Below, piece after piece: positions 1 through 23,327 of a stretch of 64,000 nucleotides of DNA. Every line of letters begins with the position of its first letter. Positions within the stretch are counted from its first letter, which is position 1. The notes beneath the pieces were generated by a model, which had not been told where the DNA came from, searched no databases, and worked only from the letters and a program-made list of their open reading frames with translations. The position numbers were made by a program, and so were the translations under genes. The stretch is from Eledone cirrhosa (taxonomy: Eukaryota): the NCBI GenBank assembly GCA_964016885.1, contig OZ024741.1:297290001-297354000 (forward strand). Reading direction: 5' to 3'.

Positions 1-219
1 CTCCAGGCTACCAGGAAAACGTTTGAGGGGGCAATCCCAAACAACATGTAGCATTGTCTGGTCAGGGACCCCACAGTCATATGCTGGGCTGTCTTTCATT
101 TTCCATCAATGGAGATGATGGTCTGTCCTGGCATGTGTTGTGCGGATCTGATTAAGGGTTGGGTGAAGGCTGGTCTATAACAGCCCACTAATTCTTATGC
201 TGTCCAGAACATTTTTTTT

Positions 220-2060
220 ATAATAATAATAATGAAATTATTGTGTACACTGCTCAGGTGCACTACAACTCATCAAAGGTGCATGTATAGTACATAGAAT
301 AATGTACAAATGTCAGGAAAATGAACAGTGTACGAGTCATGAAATACATGTGTGCGTGTGTATGTAGGAGGGACATCAGCTGTAGTGTTGGCGAATCTCA
401 GGGAGCATGGAGGTTTTAAAGTATGCAGTGTCTCGACAGCTAATAACTGATGAAGGTAGTTTTTTCCATGCTTCAGCAACTCTGAGCTGAAAAAATGTTT
501 CCGAAAGTCATGGGAGCTGTGCTGTTTTCTGACTTTGTAGGCAAGCCCACGTGTTTTAGACACATAGAAATCAAAAAGGTGCTCAGGGTTGTTGTTGGCA
601 AGATGGTTAATAATTTTGTGGGTGTTTATCAAGTCAGTTGCCAGGGAAGCAAGGTGTTCAGAGTATGGTAGATGCCTGATGGAGGGTATTCGCTTGGACT
701 CTGAACAGTTTCCAGGCAGTCAATGTTCTGAGCAAGATAGGGGTTCCAGACTGGTGATACAAATTCTAAGTGTGGCTGCACCATAGTTATATACAGCTTT
801 AAATAGATAGCCAGAGAGCGGCTGACAAAGGTCTTGCTGAGTGATGCTATGACACCCTCAGCCTTCTTGACAATTTTAGAGACGTGCTTCGTCCAACGCA
901 AATCGCTATTGACAGTAATGTCCAGGTTACGTTCACAAGAAGACTTCTTGATATTAGTGTTGTGGAGGGAGTATGTGGATGCTGGGTTTTTACTACCAAA
1001 ATACATGGTAGTACACTTGTCCACAGCCAACTTAAGTTGCCAGTCCGTGATCCATTGTTGCATTGTGTCCAGGTCAGATTGCAGGAAAGATCTATAGTGT
1101 TCAGGATCTGTCCTTTTTATTTCAGTACTGTGGCATTCTTTAAGTTGGCATCTATGTCATTAATATATGCCACAAACAAAAGGGGGCCAAGAACAGATCC
1201 CTTTGGTACACCAGATGACATCTCATACGGTGAGGAATGCTGTCCTAGAACTGTGACTACCTCTCTTCGACTGAGAATGAAGGACTTCAACCAGTTAAAA
1301 AGATCATCCTTCATACCCATTGCAAAGAGTTTTGCCATAAGTTTTTTGTGTGGCACAGAATTGAAAGCTTTAGCAAAGTCAAGGTAAACAACATCCACCC
1401 ATGAGCCGCCATCAGTGATCCGGGTGATGTCTTCAAGAAACTCGATAAGTTGATCACAGCAGCTGGAGTTAGGGATAAATCCAAATTGCAAGGGCTGGAT
1501 AAGACTGTGAGAGTTCCAAAGTGTTTCTCTGACACAGGATTCTATCAGTTTGGCAATACAGCTAGTAAGACTGACTGGACGATAGTTGACAGGTGATGTG
1601 CGGTCACCCTTTTTGAACAGAAGAATGACACTGGCAGTTTTCCACTGCTCTCGAGTAGCACTGTTGTTCAGACAGAATTGGAAGAAGCAGGTACGTAACA
1701 CCATCAAGACCAGGAGAGTTGCGTTTATTTTTAAGGTGACGTCGCAGCATTGCAGGTGTAAATTCCATAGTTGTAATAGAATCTGATGTCAGAGGTGGTG
1801 GAGATGGTACACTCTGGTCTTCAACAGTGAAAATGCCTGCATAGCATTCAGCAATGAGTTCTGCGCATTCCTTGGGGTCCTCGGTAACCTGGCTTGTGTG
1901 GAGATTGTGAAGAGGACCAACTGGAGAGTGAGGCTTCTGCTTTGAGTGAACATACTTCCAGAACACCTTACTGTCAGGGTTGGTTGCTATGCGCTGCTCA
2001 AATTCAAGCACTGCCTTTTTTGTCACCTGCTTGGATGATTTATTTCGCTTTTTCTTACTG
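220..2060 (-). mobile_element. CR1/L2-group LINE, 5'-truncated and degenerate
   Basis: Frameshifted RT fragments NYRPVSLTS, YLDFAKAF, SGVPKGSVLGPLLF, PHLEFVSPVWNPY; (ATT)n tail near 220; 3' end shared with the copies at 44165 and 55478. Confidence 0.88.
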
Positions 2061-2365
2061 ATCTCTGATTTATGCAGTTTGTACTCACGTTCAGCATTAT
2101 GACGTTCTTTGAAAATTTCACATTCTTTAAATTAAATTACTAAGAAAGAAAATGTTTAAAGATTTGAAAACTGAAATTCAACTGCAAATTTCATTTGAAA
2201 TATAAAAAACTGGAATTGAAATTTGAACTGATAAAAAAACATTGTCAGTTCTTTACTAATTTGAATTTCAATTTTGATTTCTAACTGAAAATAAATTTGA
2301 ATCAGAATTCCCATCTCTGTTTTAATGGAAAACATGATTGAATTTATTCCTATTTTACTTTCCAG

Positions 2366-2418
2366 TTACTACTCTATGTCCAAAAATTGGTATGATTGAG
2401 TACTCAGATCACAGACTG
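2366..2418 (+). CDS. GTPBP10: GTPBP10 exon: (F)[17 protein letters not shown]
   Basis: tttccag| acceptor, |gtaagt donor, Obg G2 motif. Confidence 0.88.
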
Positions 2419-3756
2419 GTAAGTTTCTTTTATTAGATTATACATTTTACCTTCAGTTTTCTATGCTGGTGTGAGTTCAACGGGTCATCTGATACACACA
2501 GCATCATCATATTAGAACTGCTTTCCATGCTGGCGTTGGTTGGACAGGTTGTCATGGTCTGAGAATTAACTGGTGTAAGGATCACATCTTACTCATACAT
2601 TCCATATTTGATATAGTTTCTACAGTTGGATACCCTTCCTAATGCTGACAACTTTACAGAATGAGCTGGGCGCATTTTATCACGGCACCTGTACTATTTA
2701 TCTAAAAACAACTTTTTGTGATTTTATGTAAGAACCTGACCCGACCCCATCCAGTCCTTCACTACTACTCCTTAGCTATCCCCTCCACTCTAAAACTTGC
2801 CAAAGAAAGAATGGGGAGAACCCTTTAGTTGTGTTAAGGACATGACAATCTCCCTACTGTTGGTGATCTACACGATAAATGCACCCAACACTTGCTAGCA
2901 GAGAAAGCAGACTTTAAATGATGATATTCCAAACACTGACTGAATACTGAAATAGTTATATACCGAAAACCCTTCAAGTTCATTGAAAATCATAGTCAGT
3001 GTCTTTTATTGAAAATATGATAATGAAAAGGTTTAATTAAATTTCATGAAAGTAATTGATTTATTTCAATTCAATAGACTTTGTCTTGTTGCTGTTAAAC
3101 AGATAAAACTTGCTGATTTACCTGGACTTATTGAAGGAGCTCATTTAAACCTTGGTATGGGGCATAAGTTTCTCCGACATGTTGAAAGAACCAAGTTACT
3201 GCTGTTTGTTGTAGATATTCGCGGTTTCCAACTTAAAATGGAGAAAGAGAAAAGATCAGCTTTTGAAACTATTGTTCTTCTAAATAAGGTTGGTTCACAA
3301 AACTAGTTCATTACTTTCTATTTACTTTGATTGTGAAGACACATGGCTTAGTGGTTAAGATATTCAGCTCATGTTCATAATGGAGTGAGTTCGATTTTTG
3401 ATGGCATATTGTGTTTTTCTATAAGACTTTATTTCACGTTGCTCCAGTTTACTCAGTTGGCAAAAATGAGTTGTACCTGTAATTCAAAGAGCCAGAATTT
3501 TCCTGGGAACTATGTTGTGTGTGCACTGTAGATGTCTGTAAAAGGCTCTTTTGCATATATGTTAATTTCACAAGTAGGTTGTTCCATTGTTTGAACAACT
3601 GGAACATTCATCGATGGAAACAACAGGTGCAACAAAACTACTTTGATTTCTTGTAAACTAATACAACAAAATATGTTTATATTTAATTCTAAAATGGTTT
3701 CCATGTATGTCAAGTTTAGAATAGGTTGCACTTTATCTCCGTGTCTTAAGAGGTGA

Positions 3757-3802
<46 letters not shown>

Positions 3803-5469
3803 TATAATAATTCAAGAGTAAGAATTGTCAAGACAAAATGTATCCAAATACCATGTACACTTATATAGGTGCAATGACATAAGAAAATCTGAAAGTAAGT
3901 GAATGAACTTATATAATGGTGGTAAACGATTGATTCTTACTTTCCATATACATGCATATAAACACATATGCATATATATATATTCTTTAATGAGGCCAAG
4001 TTTGAGTCTTGTTACACTGGTGTTTCTCCTGTGTACTCACAGTCATCAGCTGTCCCATGCCATTAAATGTAACTCAAAGGGTTGGCACCATGAAAGGCAT
4101 TTGGCTGTAAAATATTACCGCAAAAAAGCCCTCATGAAATCCTGCTTTAATAGGAAAAATAGAAAATAGTCTTAAAATGCTAAATGTTGGGTTGTTATTT
4201 ATTCTAAAATGAACTTTTTTTGTCATTACAGGAGTTAGAACTTTATCGGCCAGATCTAATTAGAAAACCTGCAATTCTTGTCTTGAATAAAGTGGAAAAT
4301 GAAAAAGATAAACAAGTTGCAGAAGAAGTTATAGATATGGTGCGACACCGTCCTGGTAAGGAAGATAGCTAAAATTGAAGAACTGAATAATATGTTTAGT
4401 GAGAATATTTTGCAGTGTCTCTAACACAAACAACTATAAAGACTGATATACATTAATGGTTTCTGATTTAGGCACAAGGCCAACAATTTGAGAGGCGGGG
4501 AAGTCGATTAAATCTACCCCAGTGCATTACTAGTGTTTTGTTTTGTCAACCCCATAAGGATGAATGGCAAAGCTAACCTTGGTGTGATTTGAACTCAAAA
4601 CGTAAAGGGCCGTAATTCTATGCCATAAAGCATGTTTGATGTTCTACCGAGGCTGCCAATTCACCACCCTAATATATATTAATAACAGTTAGAACATTGA
4701 CCAAGTTTTCTATAAAATGGAATGTTTTCTTTGTTTTAACTCTTTTGATAGTAAACCACCACTAGTTCTATGATAGCAAACCTTTTTTAAACAACTGCAT
4801 ATATATATATATACATAAATACCTTCCATCATGATTTTATGTAAGAAGCTTTGATAAGTAATGTTTCAAACACTAATATCTCACACCCAACATCTGACAC
4901 CCAATACCTCTTACTCAATATCTCACACCCAACATCTCTTACTCAACATCTCACACCCAATATCTCACTCCCAACATCTCACACCCAATATCTCATACCC
5001 AACATCTCACACCCAATATCCTGTGAGTAAGATGGGTTTCTCCAATAAATCTAGTCTCAAACCATAACAAGCCAACCTTCTCATGCCAACATGAAAATTG
5101 GACCGTAAAGTATGGTAATGATGAGCTCCTTAAACAAGATTCTTTTTCTTTTTTCTTCTAGAGAAAGTCTGATGTTTTACAGGGACTGTAATTTCTGGTG
5201 TTTCTATTGCAGAATCTTTCGTAGATATGGAAAAGTATCTGTTACCCAATGAGAATGTTGAATTTGATCATGTGATGACTATTTCTGCCCAAAAAAGAAT
5301 TGCAACAGAAGAATTAAAGGTTAAGATACGAGAATTTCTTGATATTTATCATGAACGAATCATGCTCCAAGAAAAACAAGAAACTATGGAAGTGTTTGAT
5401 GAAGTTGTAAAATTCCAAAAGACTTTACAGGTTCACACAGTTGAAAATAAACTAAGAAAACTGGTGTAA
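2366..5469 (+). CDS. GTPBP10: GTP-binding protein 10 (Obg-family GTPase), 3' part; 4 coding exons, 5' exons upstream of the window
   Basis: Exons 2366-2418, 3103-3288, 4232-4355 and 5213-5469 join in frame through GT-AG introns. They give (F)TTLCP (G2), [26 protein letters not shown] (G3), LVLNKVE (G4-like) and TISA (G5). The [15 protein letters not shown] segment is characteristic of GTPBP10. Confidence 0.9.
3103..3288 (+). CDS. GTPBP10: GTPBP10 exon: [14 protein letters not shown]...[10 protein letters not shown]
   Basis: aacag| acceptor, |gttggt donor, 186 nt, G3 motif. Confidence 0.92.
4232..4355 (+). CDS. GTPBP10: GTPBP10 exon: [22 protein letters not shown]...
   Basis: ttacag| acceptor, |gtaagg donor, phase-compatible with neighbours. 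Confidence 0.9.
4876..5020. repeat. 14-bp minisatellite (AAYATCTCACACCC), about 10 units
   Basis: Directly visible in the last GTPBP10 intron. Confidence 0.9.
5213..5469 (+). CDS. GTPBP10: GTPBP10 last coding exon
   Basis: ttgcag| acceptor; ...[21 protein letters not shown]...; TAA at 5467-5469. Confidence 0.88.
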
Positions 5470-5502
5470 TTTATAGTATTTTACATTTTATAAGCAAAAA
5501 TT

Positions 5503-5508
5503 AATAAA
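5503..5508 (+). promoter_or_regulatory. Candidate poly(A) signal of GTPBP10
   Basis: AATAAA 34 nt after the stop codon. Confidence 0.5.
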
Positions 5509-5535
5509 TATATTTATATATATATTATTTATTTA

Positions 5536-5752
5536 TGTTCATACATGGAAAAGCACTAACTAAGGTTTCAAGGCCCAATATTGACCATATCTCCAGAATG
5601 TGAGGGATCAAAATTGTGACCTAATCTTTACACATTTATACGTATAAGCGCCTGAAGATTAGGTCACAATTTTGATCCCTCTCACATTCTGGAAATTTGG
5701 TCAATATTGGGCCTTGAAACCTTAGGTAGCACTTTTATTCCACGTATGAACA
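5536..5752. repeat. Long imperfect palindrome (~95-bp arms, ~22-nt loop)
   Basis: CTAAGGTTTCAAGGCCCAATATTGACCA...GATCAAAATTGTGACCTAATCTT mirrored at 5655-5725. Confidence 0.9.
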
Positions 5753-7099
5753 ATATATAATATTTCAACTCTCTTCCCAATTGAGCACTGTCCTCCTTTT
5801 TCCTTTTTCACACCTATGGATATTGTTACATACACACTCATATATATAATCATCATCACCGTTTAACGTCCATTTTCCATGCTTGCATGGTTTAGACAGG
5901 TCGCCCACTTCATAAGACAGACTGGCCAGTTGGCTGTGCCGTGCCTTGCCCAGACAGAACTGTAAATTTGACTGGGATATTTACAGCTGGAAGCCCCTTC
6001 CTAACGCCAACTACGTTTATAGTGTTGAACTGGATGGCACTGATTATAAGGAGGGACAGGCCTGTTGGTTGTGCCATACCCTGCTCACAATGGAACCATA
6101 TATATATATATAAAAGCAATGTTTGTAACAAATTTGTTTTATTAAAATATTCAAAAGCTATATATAATAATACTATGAGGACTATGTATTATGTGTGGTC
6201 TCATAACTCCTGATAGAGTCGTAGGGGTGCCATATTGACATACAGCGTTTCTTGGGCATTTTAAGCCTGGCGGAGCCCATCATTCTCCAGGCCTGAGTAC
6301 AGCAGATTTCTTCCTGAGAGAGGAAGAATCGATTCCAGTACTAGAAAGGCATGTTGGCCTCGGCGGGATTTGAACTCAGAGAACAAATACCATAAAGCAT
6401 TCAATCCGACGTTCTAACGAATCTGCCAATTTGCCACCCTATATGAGGACTATATATATATCAAAGATGTTGGGTAGGTTGAAATTCTTAGTGATTGTAG
6501 AAATCTCAAACACAGAAAATAACTATAACCACAGTTGATAGCAATAAATAATATTTGCTTAGAAAATCTGGTAAAATGCGCCTACAAACGAAAAAAATAG
6601 TGGCCAGAAGCTGCTATGAGAAATTGAAATCTGTAGCTTTCAAATTCCAGTACTCTGCTTATTAAATTTTGCTAATCTATCGCTGACGAAAATTTATTGT
6701 AAGTGGTAGCATACCTGCAACAATTTTCTTTAGACATTAAAAGACATTTTACATGACAAAAAAAAAAAAAAAAAAAAAAAATATTACAAGAAATCCCATA
6801 CGTTATAAAATAAATAGGATAGGTTCGGGTCTCAATATGTAGACTAACAAACAAATTCTGGTTTTTAAAAAACATCATTGGAGACAACCTAGAAAAATAA
6901 TCGATATTCCAACAGCCCTTATTATTTGGGACACAAGAATATATAAATATTGAAGATATTCGGTAGGTTTGATTTTCTTAGCTATTAATATTTATAGCAA
7001 TTGATTGTAGTTAGTTATTTTCAGTGTTTGGGATCCTACTTTTACTAAGGATATATATATATCTTCTCCTTTTCCCTCTTATTCATGGGAGCAGTCCTC

Positions 7100-8250
7100 A
7101 AGTATGCCTTCCAGCAAGTCCTGTCAATATGAACCGTCTCCAATTGAGACCAGCTAAGCTCATGAATGTTATGCAACCATCTTGCTTTAGGTATCCATAG
7201 ACATTTTGGCCACATGTCCATAGTATTGGGGCTGTGATCTCTGTTCGGAGGAGCAGCAGCTCTACCTGGAGTGACTCCTTAATTTGCGAGCTATGCACTC
7301 TATTGAGTAACTTTACTCCAAATAGCCTTCAGATAAACCCTATTTTGCTTGCTTGTATTCTTTTGGTCATTACACAAGATTCATCACCACAGGTAAGGGT
7401 TAACATTAATACCAAATTGAAGATAGTGAGTTTGGCTTTTACTCCTACTTCCCTTCTTTTGTTGACAATGCTGAAGCTGGCACATTACTGCATCCGCTCC
7501 GGCAATTCTTGCTCTTAATTTAGCCCCCCTGCCTTCCATCACTCATGGACATGGCCTCAAAATACTTGAACTTCTCCACCTGCTTCAGTGAAACTCAATT
7601 CACATGTAGAGTACACTGTACAGGTTTCCTTGAGAGGACAAGTATCCAAGTCTTCACAGCATTGATTTTCATTCCAGTAGTGCAACATTTGGCAGCAAAC
7701 CTATCAAGTGCAAGTCAGAGATCACCTTCAAATAAGTTAAGTAACACCATATCTGTAAATTCCAGCTGACTAATCCTACTGCCAGTCCTGATACCACCAC
7801 TTCCAACCCAATTACCTATATCAATTCTGTTCATGAAGATTATGAATAGGAGAGGTGATCGTACACACTTTTGGTGGAGTCCGAAACCCACATTGTATGG
7901 TTTTGACTTAGTACCATTTATCTGAACATAAGTACTAGCGCATTCAAATAGAGACTTCCGGGCAGCAAGAAGCTGTCCATTGATCCCATACTCCTGCAAA
8001 ACGTTTTACAGCAAGTCCCATGGTAGGCAGTGATATGCCTTTTTGAGGTCTATGAAACAAGTATACACCTCTTGGCAATACTCATATGATTTCTCGAAGA
8101 CCTGCCAGTGTGAATATTTGGTCAGTTGTGAAAATCTCACTTCCTCAACTAGCTTGGACTCAACAATATCCCTACATCTCTTTGCCAGACAATGCTGGGG
8201 AGACTTAACAAGGAGATTTCTCTATAATTAGTGCAGTCTGTCTTGATCAT
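7100..8250 (-). mobile_element. Degenerate RTE-like RT fragment of a different family
   Basis: YGINGQLL...GLHQKCVRSPLLFIIFMNRID resembles the RT GxxQG..LSP motif; related relics at ~31820-32000 and ~51300-52090. Confidence 0.65.
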
Positions 8251-9749
8251 TTATATATTAAAAAAAAAAATGAGATTTTTATTTTTATGAAATTGTCATT
8301 TTCATAACTTGATCCATCATAAGTTGCTTTTTTTTTTTTTTTTTATAGTGTATCACTTTTCCCCTTGTAACAATTAATGAGTATACTGCTGCACAAGTCA
8401 TTGGGTATGATGCCATCATGTGTTACCTGATTGTTTATGCTGCAACTAATTTGACTCCTACTTCCCCAGAATTCAGTGTCTTAGTGATGATTTCTGATGA
8501 CCAGCCTTTTTCTTCTGAGCGTCAGTGATACTAAGTCCACTTATCATTTCAGGTATTTCCCCAACCACATTCTCTGCATCAAGAGAACAAAGCTCCGATA
8601 CTATGGATATGTGATTAGAATGTCTAAGGAGTCACTGGATAGATTTTACAGGAAAAGCCAACTGGTAAGATGGTTGGATAACATCCATAAGATGGGTTGG
8701 TCTCACATGGGGGATCCATCCGGATGATAGTTGCTTCTTATAGGACTCTCTGGAAAGCGTTCCTAAAGACCCCCCCTCCCACACACACCCCTAAGAAGAA
8801 AAAAAGAAAGTGTTACTAATATTTCATGTGGTACAGGACGATAAGAGTGAAAAACAGGCTTTACTTGACCACAAATTATTTCATGACAATAGAATTCACA
8901 ATTATTTTATTGAAGTAATGAACAAGTTTAAGAAATACTTGAAAAATGTTCCTCGTTTTTTGTTTTGTTTTTATTCTCATGACAATGTTTCAATACACAT
9001 ATTTAACCAGTGAAAAGTGAATAAATGATTATCTTCTTAATAGCCCAGATCTAGCTCCAAGTGAAACAGTAACAAGTGAGAGACCAACAGCTTTTCCAAT
9101 TTCATGACAAAGGGAAGTAACTGTAGTGGTTTAACGTCTTTTTAACAGACAGAAGGGTAAAAAAATGTTTAATCAGCCCCTATGTATCACAGCTACTTAT
9201 ATTAAAAGATGGAACTAAATGCAAGCATTCCGTCTGGCAGCAAAAAAGTGAGCAATTTCAAGAATCAAGAGCGATACATAAAGAGTGGCAGATCAAAGAT
9301 TATTAACCCTTCTGTTACCATATTTCTAATTGTCTATGGTTTTCAAATCATTTTGAAAATAAGAATTTGGAGGGATTTAGTAATATAACTTCTTTAATAA
9401 GTTGGTCTTTGGAACATTAAGGTTCTTACATAGAATTATGGTGGAAGGTTTTTAGATGAAGCAGGTGGAGAAGTTCACTTTAAAATAAAATTTTGTTTTG
9501 TAGATCCAGGACCAACTTCAGGTAGTTTGGTATCAAAATGGATAAATCAGAGCCAGCTTCAGGCAGTGGTATCAAAAGGGTTATAGTAACTAATTATTGG
9601 TGTAGCAACTATATTTACTGATAAAAAAGAAATTAAAATCAACAGCAAAAAAAACAAAAAAAAAATAAAAAAAAAAATTCAAATGTTTACATCCTTTAAG
9701 CAAATTTCTGTATTCACACCATAATTTTTCATGCAACAAGTAACTTTAA

Positions 9750-9945
9750 CCCTTTAGTATTTACATTACTCTATATTTACTATTGTATTTTCACAGTAAA
9801 GGCTTTACCTCACATAATATTGAATCTATGATTTTTATATTATTTATTTTGAGAACACTATCTTAACATCAGTATGAGCAGCCGGTTTGAACAGAAGGCG
9901 GTAAGAAAATTCTGGCTGGATACGGCCAGTTTAAATGCTAAAAGG
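9750..9945. mobile_element. piggyBac-type MITE, family 1, decayed
   Basis: Colinear with 23741-23958; slightly mutated TIRs. Confidence 0.75.
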
Positions 9946-12900
9946 TTATAGTAAAATTAAGAGCAAAAATCTATAGATAACAATTGTATAAAAATGGTTT
10001 TTGATATATTGGCAATACTTGTTATTTGGGAATCAGTGTAATTGAACATTGTCTCAAAGACAGGAAATCGATAAAATAAATTAATAAAGGGATATTTTCA
10101 TAACATTATTGTGACAGCTATTGTTAAAATATATACTTTTTCCTGCTTGAATGATAGGATGATAATTCTAGGAAGTTATTGATAAATCTGAAGTTGTTTG
10201 CTAAACAGATATTCCTCTGTTTGTTGACACTCAGTATCTTGTTTGAAAACTATAATAAATGATTTGAGAAAAGTAATTCAATAGAAATTGGATAAGCTTG
10301 TTTCTACATAAAATGCTAAACATCCAACTGGATGTTTAGCAGTTGTTTTACATTCTTTAACATGAAGAAAAACTGAATATTATGTGAATTATATGTGATA
10401 TTGAGACTTTGATGGATAACAGCACAAGTTTACAATAAAATATATATAGACAAGGGCAGATGTGGGCTCCATAAGCCAAAGTAGATTAGACACTCCAAAT
10501 AAAAACTGATACAAGGTAGAGAGGACTCTTAAGTCTCGTAAGACCTCTAGTGTTGGTGGCATGAATAATGCACTCAGTCCATGCTGTAAAGCTGTTGGTG
10601 ATAGGAAGGGCATCCAGCCAGAAAAACCAAGCCAAAATATGAAAAAACAAAAAGGCTCAACTCTTGAGTTGTATTATACACAAGAATGTAATCTGGTGGG
10701 CACTCAGGGACTGTAGAATATACAAAAAGTGTTACTTATTCTTTTTTGAGGGGTGGGGGTAACTTCAGAAACAGGGATTGTATTATACTTAAGTTGTAGA
10801 AATATAATAGGTTGTCTGCTAAAGAATTTGAGCCTCAGTTTCATTAACATGAATTAACAGATATACTTATCAGGACACATTTATACCAAACACCCAATTT
10901 CATTAACAAACGTTTTGTTTATAGTTTTCATAAAATTTTCAGAATAACACGTGCAAAATTGGAAATCTTATTCAAATGAAAGTTTGTAAGAATTGTCACC
11001 ATTTTACATCCGTTTTTCAGTTGCATGGGTTGGACGGCCTGTCACACTCTGAGACTAGACATATTGGATGACCACATCTTACTAATACGTTCCATTTTAG
11101 TATTGTTTCTGCAACTATATTCCCTTCTTAATACTAACTACTTTGTGTGTATTGGGTGCATTTGTGACACCAGCACTACCATGGGTGCAATTTATCGTGG
11201 CACTAGCACTACCACTTTATAGTGTGTTTGGAGTAATTTATCTTAACACCAACACTACTACTTTACATATTGCATTGAGTAGTTTATCATGGCACCAGCA
11301 CAACCATTTTACAGAGTAGGTTGAATGCAATTTATTGTGGTTCCCCAGCACTATCACTTTACAAAGTGGGTTAAATGCATCTTATGATACCAGCACTATC
11401 ATTTTACCAAGTGTACTGGGTGCATTTTATTTTGAAAAGAAAAGAAAAACAGTCACCCAACACACTTCTCAACATTTTCCTCTGTTGGAGGTATCAGCAA
11501 AAAATGTTAAAATTCAATTCTTACAGCACAAAAACTGATTGGATTTTGCCAACTTTATTAACATCCACACAAAGCGGGATACACATGCAGTTTATAACAA
11601 AAATAAAATTAATAAATTTAACAAAAACAAACTAATGTATGACATATTATATAGTACAAATAGATACAAATATTAGATCTTAAACATAAAAATATCTTAA
11701 AAGGATAAAATATATTAATCCTTTTGATACCAACCCAGCCAAAATCAATTTTAAGAGGTTCCTATTTAGATTAATATCTTCCAACATTATTTTATATAAA
11801 AACCATGTGTTAAGTTACTATCTTAGCAATGAAATAATTAATATTTTTTAGTAAATACTTCAAAATTCTTCAATAATTTATTGGGGGTGTATTTCATTAG
11901 AAATATGGTCATGAAAGGGTTAAGCTAAATAATGATAAAAAAGACTAAAACAGAAACATTCTGATTGTGTGATTAAGGTTGCAGCTTGAGTTAATGAACA
12001 CGGATTTTGTTCAGGATGAACTACTAAAGAAGCACCAATCCAAATCATTATCGTCATCACCATCTTATGTCTGTTTTCCACTCCGGCAATGGATTAAATG
12101 CGTTGTCACCTTCTTAGATTAAACAAGTCAGATGACTAGGTCCTTCTCTTCATTCCAATTAGGTATGCTTTCTACAGTTGGATGCCCTTCCTAACACAAG
12201 GCATTTTAATGCGACATCAGCACTAACACTTCACAGGCTGGACTGGGTGTATTTTATCATGGTACCAGCACCTCCATTTTACAGCTTGGAATGGGTGTAT
12301 GTTACTGTGACACCAGCACTACCACTTTTCAGCATGGATAGGGAGGAATTTATTATAAAACCAGCACTATTTATAGAGTGAACTGGATATATTTTTGCAT
12401 GACACCAGCACTATCATTTTACAGCATTTAGTGGGCATATTTTATCATGGCATCAGCACTACTTTACAGAGTGTACTGAATGGATTTTCCAAATATTTAT
12501 TTGGAGTGACTGCCTTTTAGATAGGATACCATTTGTCACAGCTACCTGAATTTACATCAATCCTATACAATGTATGTGCATGTGTCTGAAGAGCAAGATT
12601 TATATTGTTTAGTAAATATCATTTTACCATGAAAAGCAACCTAAGTTTTTTAAAAAACTTTAATTAGTCAACTCCTACAACAGATTCACAAAGGTTTCTT
12701 CAATTAAAATATATTTTGTACCAAATTATAACTGCATTTAATTGAATTAGTCTTTTTTTAGATTTCTGAAAAATTATTTATATTTTTTCTAGTATATTTT
12801 GTTATTTCTTTCCATTTGTTCAAACAAATATACAAAACTACCAAAAAAAGAGCATTTCCCTTTCATCCTTTCAGGGTCGATAATGAAAGTAGCAGCCCAG

Positions 12901-13837
12901 CGCTGGCGCGGCCCTCCTTTCAGGGTCGATAATGAAAGTACCAGCCCAGTGCTGGTACAGCCCTATCTCCTTCCAGCTGTCTCATCCTGGATATTCTGTT
13001 GGATCAAGAGAGGGAGGATCGAAAGAGTGTGTGTGCTTGCAACTGCATGGCCCCCTAAAACCCTTAATGAAAGCAAGGTATGTACTACCAAGTCATCCAC
13101 AATTATAAGTGACGGCTGTAGTTTTTAGTGTACTTTAACAAAATATAACGGGCATTAAATGAGGATAATGAGTAAACCATAAACTCTTTTTCATAAGATA
13201 GATGCAAACTCTGTGAGACACAAGGAAGGCAGCCTGTCTAGGAGAGAAGTTACTCCAAATAAACAGGACTACATAGGGTATATGTGGACTCTGCATCCCA
13301 CAGGAAAAGCAACCTGTTTTGGAAAGCAATCACTCTGAATACATAAAACTGCACAGCATAGATGTGAATCCAGTAAGAATTAACAAAGAGAATCTGTCTG
13401 AGAGCAGACACTGAATAAATACCAATACATGCTAATGGCATGATAAAATGACAACAAACCACTCTGTAAAATGGTTGGTAATAAGAAAGGCATCCAGCCA
13501 GAAAACCATGTCGAAAATGAGTTCAACTCATGCAAGCGTGGAGAAACAAACATAAAATGTTAATGATGATAATGATTATATATATATGAGAGAGAAAGAG
13601 AAAGAAAGAATGCTTATAAAGAAAACGTTTTTGAACAAAATTTTTTAAAGGATTTGGATTACATGTAGAGAAAATAAGCTGGATAGCTATAGAAATTAAC
13701 AAGAGACATTGGAATCAAATAGGAAAGACTACATGTTAAATGAGAAATTATTTTCTTTGTTTTTATTGCAGATCTAACCCCTTTTTTCCCTTTTATCACA
13801 CTGCATTCCAACATCTGCGAGTCAATTGAAATACAAT

Positions 13838-23327
<9,490 letters not shown>

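Noticed and set aside
11150-11430. CRISPR-like periodic ~40-nt units
   Set aside because: The units are wholly degenerate tandem copies with no unique spacers, there are no cas genes, the DNA is eukaryotic, and the unit derives from the RTE 3' UTR.
13751-13771. Strong plus-strand splice acceptor before the array
   Set aside because: No coding continuation or partner donor was found; it is equally explained as the minus-strand AATAAA region.
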